Shown one piece after another: positions 25,645 through 30,933 of a DNA stretch of 30,933 bases (its first letter is position 1; every line of letters starts with the position of its first letter). Location: the IMG/VR virus record IMGVR_UViG_3300033475_000114, positions 1 through 30,933 of that record, one strand, 5' to 3'. This stretch comes from a virus (taxonomy: Duplodnaviria > Caudoviricetes). The position numbers and the translations under genes were made by a program. A model generated the notes under the pieces. The model was not told where the DNA came from, ran no database searches, and saw nothing but the letters and a program-made list of their open reading frames with translations.

Positions 25645-25771
25645 AACAAGACGGCCCGGCTCGACGTTTGCAGACGCTGAGCCGGACCTAACCCTCTCAA
25701 CGCGTAATAGGCGTCAAACAGGGCTGGGAAATTCCTAGCGCGCAATCGTTAACAGGCTGGGAATTCTTGGA

Positions 25772-26143
25772 ATGGATAATTCGACATTAGCCGTGATCTT
25801 TGCCGGGGCGACGTTTGCCATGCTTATTGGGCAGCGGATCTTTGGCGGCGGCTGGAACTTATCGAAGAACCTTCAAGCCGTCGAGGCAAGGCTCATGTCC
25901 GAGATCAAGGAATCGAGGGCGGAAATCGAAGGGCGTCAAGAGACGGTCGCTCACGACTTCGGCGAGACGGTTGCCGCCCTCAAGGAGCATGTTCGCCAAG
26001 TCGAGTTTCATATTCGAGACAACTACATCCGAAAGGATGATTTTGTTGTTCATATGAAGCAGCATGACGATCTGTTGCGGGTGAACTTCGCGAGCCTGAA
26101 CTCACGGCTCGAGCGCATCGAAAAGCACCTCGACAGCAAATAA
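25772..26143 (+). CDS. N-terminal TM plus coiled-coil protein (lysis-associated)
   Basis: TM ~6-25; NYIRKDDF...RLERIEKHLD. Confidence 0.75.
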   Translation: MDNSTLAVIFAGATFAMLIGQRIFGGGWNLSKNLQAVEARLMSEIKESRAEIEGRQETVAHDFGETVAALKEHVRQVEFHIRDNYIRKDDFVVHMKQHDDLLRVNFASLNSRLERIEKHLDSK

Positions 26144-26166
26144 TCTCATCATCATAGGAATTTGTA

Positions 26167-26565
26167 GTGCTAAAAACCGTCCTTGCGGCGGCGCTGGCTG
26201 TATTGTGCCTCGCGTCGAACGCCGAAGCTCGGCCTCGGCATCATCATCGGCATGTTGCCACGTTTGGGCGCGTTGTAGCCCATCCTATCGGATGCCCGCC
26301 AGTCTCATTCTGCGGCTGCGGGGCTGCTGTTCGTGTATTCGGTCATTCCATCCGAAAGCTCTGGCTAGCCGCGAACTGGTTTCACTTTCCACGCACCGCC
26401 CCAGCTCCGGGTATGGTCGCCGTGCGCCGGCATCATGTCTTCGTCCTTGAAGCTCGCCTCGGGCGAGGTGTCTGGCGCGTCTACGACGCCAATTCCGGCC
26501 ATCATCTTACCCGCGTTCACGCGCGCTCAATTGCAGGCTTCGCAATCGTCAACCCGTTTGGCTGA
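26167..26565 (+). CDS. Secreted CHAP/papain-fold-like peptidase (putative)
   Basis: Signal peptide ending AEA; FCGC, LAANW, APGMVAVRRHHVFVL, YDANSG give a Cys-His-Asp/Asn order; AGGA SD, GTG start. Confidence 0.7.
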   Translation: MLKTVLAAALAVLCLASNAEARPRHHHRHVATFGRVVAHPIGCPPVSFCGCGAAVRVFGHSIRKLWLAANWFHFPRTAPAPGMVAVRRHHVFVLEARLGRGVWRVYDANSGHHLTRVHARSIAGFAIVNPFG

Positions 26566-26579
26566 TCCCAGCCCCTAGA

Positions 26580-26680
26580 ATCGGCTTCGGCCGATAGTCG
26601 GCGGGGCCTGTTGCCCCTGTTCGACGCCCTCCCTGAAGACTTGGCCCGGCTCTCGAAAGAGAGTCGGGCGTCCTTTTGTT
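26580..26680 (+). ncRNA. Second structured RNA element with CCCTCCCT core and terminator
   Basis: ATCGGC-TTCG-GCCGAT; GTCG..GGGGC-ctgtt-GCCCC..CGAC; CCCTCCCTGAAGACTTG; GCCCGGCTCTC-GAAA-GAGAGTCGGGC then CCTTTTGTT. Confidence 0.55.
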
Positions 26681-26796
26681 ACGAGGACATTTTTGGTTAA
26701 ACTAGAGATATGTGCAATGTGCGTTGGTCCCATTGACACCAGAAGGTTGTGAGCGTACTCGGAATCCCCTTCTGGAGGGGGCGTGCCCTGCACTGA

Positions 26797-28077
26797 ATGT
26801 CCGTATATAACTCGATTGAAACGCACTCAGCGTACAAGTCGACCTTTCCACGCATAGCGCCGCTGGCAATGACTATAGTCGCCGCCTTCCTTTTGGCTGC
26901 GCTATTTGTCTTTATGCTTGCCCAGCCATTCGAGCGCACGGACGATCTTTTATGGCTGGATAAGCTCAGAACCGAAAGCTGGGCTTCCATGCCATTTGTT
27001 GCGGCATGGGAGGCTACGAGCAACTTCTATCGTCCTGTAGCAGAAGCGGTTCTTAAATTATGCTTTGACGGATTCGGGCTTGATCCGGTGCCGTACCGCT
27101 TCGTTCAACTGGCGCTGCTTCTTGCTCTTATAGGCGTCTGCTATTCTTTCCTACGAAAGATTGGCACTTCACGCGAAGCAATTCTCATAGTTCCCGTGTT
27201 CTTCATCGGATCTCCGTTCATTAACGGATCGATCATATGGCTTGCAGAAATACCTCATGTGATGGTTCTGCTGTGTTTTGCGGGAGCCCTTCTCGCGCTT
27301 GTCTCGGACTTCTCCGAGAACAAAAAGCTGATTATCTGCTGCTCATGCCTCTTTATAGCGATGTTGAGCAAGGAGAATGGCTTAGCGCTCGCCGCCTTGG
27401 TCATTTACTTTTTGCCTACGTCAATTAGGTGGCGAGCCATCATAGCGTTTGCTGGTTTTGTTTTATGCTACTTTGCTGCGCGATATCTCGTTCTTCAGCA
27501 TATTGCGGGAAGTCCATCTGAGGATGTTGGCTATTTCTTTAACAGCCTTTCTCCCAAAGAGGTTCGGAGTCAATTTCCTGGCGCCAGCATCATTTTTCTT
27601 TACGGATACAACGTGTTGGCACAGGTTGCCGCGCTCTGGTTTCGCATCACAAAATGGGGACTGGTGATCCACGAAAGGTACTACGAAGTAGCGCTACACG
27701 CCGCGTGTACTGCCATCATCGTTTCCTGGTTATGGTCGAGACGGAACATAGATCGTGTGACTGCCGTCATCCTCGTCGTCGCGCTATTCGGCGTTATTTT
27801 TTCCTACGCCTACGCGAGAGATAGGCACCTTGCTCTCCCAGCGTTGGCGTATGGGCTCTTGCTGGTGACCGCTGTCGATCGCCTTAGTGTTTCGTGGCGA
27901 CAGTACGCGATTTTATTCGTCTATATTGCATGGTCAGCGCAGGCTGCGATCCAGATTATAGACTTGCACCGCAGCGTGGTAGACCAAGACAGATTTTATG
28001 AACGCAATTTGACGCCTGCTAATGATATGGTTCAGCAGGACATTTGGTCTGCAGCAAGATCATGGGCGACACAATAA
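26797..28077 (+). CDS. Polytopic membrane protein, GT-C-type glycosyltransferase-like moron
   Basis: Many TM helices; DD after TM1, FYRP, LSKE motifs; visibly AT-richer codons; start may be 26869. Confidence 0.7.
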   Translation: MSVYNSIETHSAYKSTFPRIAPLAMTIVAAFLLAALFVFMLAQPFERTDDLLWLDKLRTESWASMPFVAAWEATSNFYRPVAEAVLKLCFDGFGLDPVPYRFVQLALLLALIGVCYSFLRKIGTSREAILIVPVFFIGSPFINGSIIWLAEIPHVMVLLCFAGALLALVSDFSENKKLIICCSCLFIAMLSKENGLALAALVIYFLPTSIRWRAIIAFAGFVLCYFAARYLVLQHIAGSPSEDVGYFFNSLSPKEVRSQFPGASIIFLYGYNVLAQVAALWFRITKWGLVIHERYYEVALHAACTAIIVSWLWSRRNIDRVTAVILVVALFGVIFSYAYARDRHLALPALAYGLLLVTAVDRLSVSWRQYAILFVYIAWSAQAAIQIIDLHRSVVDQDRFYERNLTPANDMVQQDIWSAARSWATQ

Positions 28078-28095
28078 GCTGTCCTTGAACGTCTT

Positions 28096-28375
28096 TCATC
28101 GGACAATCCTGTAAGCCTTCACCCGCTTCTTCCTCGGGCTCAATTTCGGATCTGGCTTACCCGCATTCAAAGCTCTCAGCATGCCAATACGAGCGTGCAG
28201 GATCGTCCCGGCGTCCCTCAGCCGCCATCAAGACAGCCTCTGCTGCAGCCTGCCATTCTGGACGTTCTCTGGCCTTCCCAAGGGCCATGATGTAGTTGCC
28301 GGCTCCCCTCAACGTCTCGATCGATCGTCCATCAGGCAGGAGAATCGGGTCATCGAAGGCGCGGGACCAGGTCAC
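28096..28375 (-). pseudogene. Bradyrhizobium-type hypothetical gene with a +1 frameshift (or sequencing error)
   Basis: MTWSRAFDDPILLPDGR..TL..AG.YI...PEWQAA continues in another frame as HARIGMLRALN...RKKRVKAYRIVR; span 280 nt = 3n+1. Confidence 0.7.
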
Positions 28376-28587
28376 TTGTCATGCAGCTTCGTGACGAGAA
28401 GGCTCTGCCGGTACTCTGGATCTGTACAATAGCGCTCAGCTTCCGCGCGTCGCCCCGGTGAAAAGTGCTGAACCGGAATCCCGTTACAGGTCACGGTCCA
28501 CCAATCTCCCGGCGGCCCATGGGGCTCTACCTTCATGGGGACGACTTCATAGGCTTCGTTCGGGTCGTTTTCGGGATCGATCGGCAT
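28372..28587 (-). CDS. Hypothetical protein, 71 aa
   Basis: GGGGA SD; stop overlaps the next GTG start. Confidence 0.65.
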   Translation of the reverse strand: MPIDPENDPNEAYEVVPMKVEPHGPPGDWWTVTCNGIPVQHFSPGRRAEAERYCTDPEYRQSLLVTKLHDK

Positions 28588-28807
28588 TCCCCATGATTCC
28601 GCCGGGGAGGCTGGGGGTCAAGACTTGGGCAGATGCACTTTTGCGCGCGTCATGACCGGCGTCCGTCAGCTTAAGCTTGCCGCCAAATCCGGCGGTGACA
28701 AGCTGGTCGGCTAGAGCTTGACGAAGCTGTTCATTCCAGCCTTTCGGAGGCTGGCGCCACCCCATTACATTCACGAGGCCAAGGAACTTAATCAACTTCT
28801 CATCCAT
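28547..28807 (-). CDS. Hypothetical protein (winged-helix-like LKLTDAG), 86 aa
   Basis: AGGA SD upstream; same strand as neighbours. Confidence 0.6.
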   Translation of the reverse strand: MDEKLIKFLGLVNVMGWRQPPKGWNEQLRQALADQLVTAGFGGKLKLTDAGHDARKSASAQVLTPSLPGGIMGNADRSRKRPERSL

Positions 28808-28949
28808 CTTTTCGAGTCCTACTTTCTAAGATCAATGTCCCATCTTCCAGGCAATCGCCACAACGATCAGGACGAGCATGCAGATGATTGTGCGGCGGCC
28901 GATGCGGTTCAAGGGACTGCCTGTTCACTCAGGGAATGCGTCAGGTGGC

Positions 28950-29144
28950 TTAAAGCTTCCACAGGAAGTCAAATACGCCGGCTTGCGAAGCGGGAGGCGG
29001 AACGCCGTCTCTCACCTCCTGAACGATTCCCCACCAAACCCATGCTGGCGGCGTCGAGCCAGCGCCCCAGCCGTGAGCCTGGGCACGAAGGAAAACATGG
29101 TCGCGTCCGACTTGATCAATTGCCGCTTCTAGTTCGTGGTCCAT
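28950..29144 (-). CDS. Hypothetical protein, 64 aa
   Basis: Strong AGGAGAGG SD. Confidence 0.7.
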   Translation of the reverse strand: MDHELEAAIDQVGRDHVFLRAQAHGWGAGSTPPAWVWWGIVQEVRDGVPPPASQAGVFDFLWKL

Positions 29145-29169
29145 GGTCGTCCTCTCCTGGCTTATGAAC

Positions 29170-29370
29170 TCAAACCGTTATCCGCCACCAAAGGACGCCG
29201 CCCCAGCCTGAGGCGAACGCAGCTCCAGCCCATTTGAAATAGATGTCTTGGAGCCGGAAAGCCTCATCGCTGATCCATGATGGCTGCTGAAGAAATTCCA
29301 CTTGATAGTAGCCATAAAAGACGAAGCAGATCGCACTGATTACAAGTAACAAACGTGTCGTCTTAGGCAT
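29170..29370 (-). CDS. Two-TM membrane protein, 66 aa
   Basis: AAGGAG SD; hydrophobic ends. Confidence 0.7.
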   Translation of the reverse strand: MPKTTRLLLVISAICFVFYGYYQVEFLQQPSWISDEAFRLQDIYFKWAGAAFASGWGGVLWWRITV

Positions 29371-29393
29371 CGCGATCTCCTTGCGTTAACTAT

Positions 29394-29864
29394 TTAGGTG
29401 TGAGCAGGCATAAACGCCTGCCGTAGAGCTCGGGCATCCCATAGCGCATTGTGTTGGACGGCGCCTGGCAGATCTGTGGGATAGGCGTCGATCCTGATCA
29501 TCTGGAATTGCAGCCGCTGAATGCTCACCATTTCCCCAGGGCCTGTAATGATCGCCTGACAGAAATAGCGGATATCGTCAGGCCAGTCTGCAATGACGGT
29601 AGGCGTCTTGTCGTCGCTGAGAAACCACTGAATAGCCCGGCCGAACTCGTCAGGTTGGATCATGATGGGGTCAGCGTTGCCGGCGCGCAAGATTGGGATG
29701 ACGTTTTCCTTCACCCATGCGCCGGGCCTGTCGCAGTGGGTGGCGACATACAGCTCTCGATCGCCTTCCTCGCTGATCAAGGCTAGGCTGATCAGGTCCC
29801 CGCCGAACTCGTTGAACTCGGTATCAAGAAAATATCGGGTCATGGGTTTAAGCTCTCTGCTCAA
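29394..29864 (-). CDS. DEDDh 3'-5' exonuclease (Rv2179c/RNase AS-like)
   Basis: YFLDTEF, LISLALI, WVKENVIP, ADWPDD, HNALWDA. Confidence 0.88.
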   Translation of the reverse strand: MSRELKPMTRYFLDTEFNEFGGDLISLALISEEGDRELYVATHCDRPGAWVKENVIPILRAGNADPIMIQPDEFGRAIQWFLSDDKTPTVIADWPDDIRYFCQAIITGPGEMVSIQRLQFQMIRIDAYPTDLPGAVQHNALWDARALRQAFMPAHT

Positions 29865-30109
29865 GATCGCCAGTTCATGACGCCGGGTATTCTGTGCTTC
29901 GATTGCAGCTCTTCGTCGGTCGGTTCATCGCCCTCGACGACAAGGAAACCCTCACGATCGCGAACCTTTCTGGCTGCCACGATAAGCTCGTCCATTAGTG
30001 GGTCGCTGTGGCCGCCTTCTTTCGATGTATCAAGGTCCGCGAGTTGGCAGACAGGCTCGATCAAATCGTCTATCTCATCCGATGGAAAATAGTCTGAAAG
30101 CGTCGTCAT
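29861..30109 (-). CDS. Acidic hypothetical protein, 82 aa
   Basis: GAGGA SD; coupled to the exonuclease gene. Confidence 0.7.
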   Translation of the reverse strand: MTTLSDYFPSDEIDDLIEPVCQLADLDTSKEGGHSDPLMDELIVAARKVRDREGFLVVEGDEPTDEELQSKHRIPGVMNWRS

Positions 30110-30132
30110 TTGCGTTCCTCGGTCATCAGTGT

Positions 30133-30345
30133 CTAAGGGGTCGGCTTGCCGGTCTCTAAATCGACTTGATCATCAGCGGTCCACTCGACACGAACCCCTC
30201 CGTCAGGTGTCATAGACCAACAAGTGTCGTCAGTGTCGCCGACATATTGCGGGCGCTGCAGATCCTTTTCCTTCATCCACCAGATCAGGACTTCTCGAAT
30301 GTCCCGTTGGCTAAACGAATAGCTACGTCGGATGCTTCGGTTCAC
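30133..30345 (-). CDS. Hypothetical protein, 70 aa
   Basis: GTGA overlap with the stop of 30342..30644; GGAG SD. Confidence 0.65.
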   Translation of the reverse strand: MNRSIRRSYSFSQRDIREVLIWWMKEKDLQRPQYVGDTDDTCWSMTPDGGVRVEWTADDQVDLETGKPTP

Positions 30346-30644
30346 TGGCGATCTCCATTCGAGAGCGGCGACCAATCCATCCAATCGCGCCGCGGGAATC
30401 GGCTGCCGAAGGGCGACCAGTCCGACCGGCGTTCCTCAACAAACCGCCATTCCAAATCATCAGGCCGCACGTCATAGGCCGTCAGGATGCGATCCTTGGC
30501 GCCTTCCTCGTGGTCGGCCATGACGGCTGCGCAGATAGTCGGGGCATCATCGCTGCTTCGATAGCCGCTTTTCCACCAAGGCGACGTCAGTTCGAAGCCG
30601 CCCAGGTTCTCGGTATGATACCAGCTAACCCAAAATGGTTTCAT
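30342..30644 (-). CDS. Trp-rich hypothetical phage protein, 100 aa
   Basis: FWVSWY, PWWKSGY, ICAAVMA, EWRFVEE...DWSPF..RFP..DWM. Confidence 0.8.
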   Translation of the reverse strand: MKPFWVSWYHTENLGGFELTSPWWKSGYRSSDDAPTICAAVMADHEEGAKDRILTAYDVRPDDLEWRFVEERRSDWSPFGSRFPRRDWMDWSPLSNGDRQ

Positions 30645-30656
30645 GGTCGCAGCTTT

Positions 30657-30896
30657 CTACTGAGGATGACGAAGGCGTTTGCGATCGATCTCGCGAATGG
30701 TCGTCCATCCAAAGAAAAGCTGGATGCGCTCCCAATAGGTCAACCAGTGCAAGCCGGCGTCGGACGTGTACAGAAGCGGCCCGTCGATGTGCTTCCAGTT
30801 GACCTTGGGCTCGATTCCGGCCGGATAACCTACGCCGTTCTCGTAGACGTATCCGGGACGCTGCAAGCTCGGGTCGCTAACGATGTGAATGCTCAT
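30657..30896 (-). CDS. Hypothetical protein, 79 aa
   Basis: AAGGAG SD upstream. Confidence 0.7.
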   Translation of the reverse strand: MSIHIVSDPSLQRPGYVYENGVGYPAGIEPKVNWKHIDGPLLYTSDAGLHWLTYWERIQLFFGWTTIREIDRKRLRHPQ

Positions 30897-30933
30897 GTGT
30901 TCTCTTCTCCTTGGTGTGTCAGGGCGTCAGGAC

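Larger units (their letters stand above)
1..30933. mobile_element. Temperate P22-like podovirus/prophage of an Alphaproteobacterium (partial; integrase/recombination region not in window)
   Basis: cI/cro switch, replication, terminase-portal-scaffold-coat-tail hub-ejection-fibre-lysis synteny; no tape measure or tail tube gene; leftward small genes at both ends. Confidence 0.95.

Noticed and set aside
1-30933. Integrase, att sites, tRNA, rRNA or host genes
   Set aside because: None recognised; both window ends lie within phage-type leftward genes, so prophage versus free phage cannot be decided

Overview
About 31 kb of a temperate, lambdoid-organised, P22-like podovirus or prophage of an alphaproteobacterial host. 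A Hyphomicrobiales/Bradyrhizobiaceae-like host is inferred from a GapR homolog, a suhB/MmgR-type RNA motif and the protein families present. Gene order: leftward early genes; cI/cro switch with four ATCAC-N5-GTGAT-type operators; rightward early operon (small membrane proteins, HTH proteins, DnaA C-terminal domain protein, adenine MTase, GapR, replication initiator with internal iteron origin, NusG-type antiterminator); late operon (TerS, TerL, P22-like portal, scaffold, coat, tail hub, three ejection proteins, tail fibre module, lysis cluster); an AT-richer GT-C-like moron; then the distal end of a leftward gene block. No integrase, att site, tRNA or CRISPR is visible. Most unusual observations: (1) two tail fibre-type proteins start with classical cleavable Sec signal peptides, suggesting envelope export of receptor-binding proteins; (2) a small late protein ends in a copy of the scaffold's C-terminal peptide (DxDLxxYLx[KR]TYG); (3) two suhB/MmgR/GsrN-like anti-Shine-Dalgarno RNA elements bracket the late operon. 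All family assignments come from motif recognition and synteny, not database searches.
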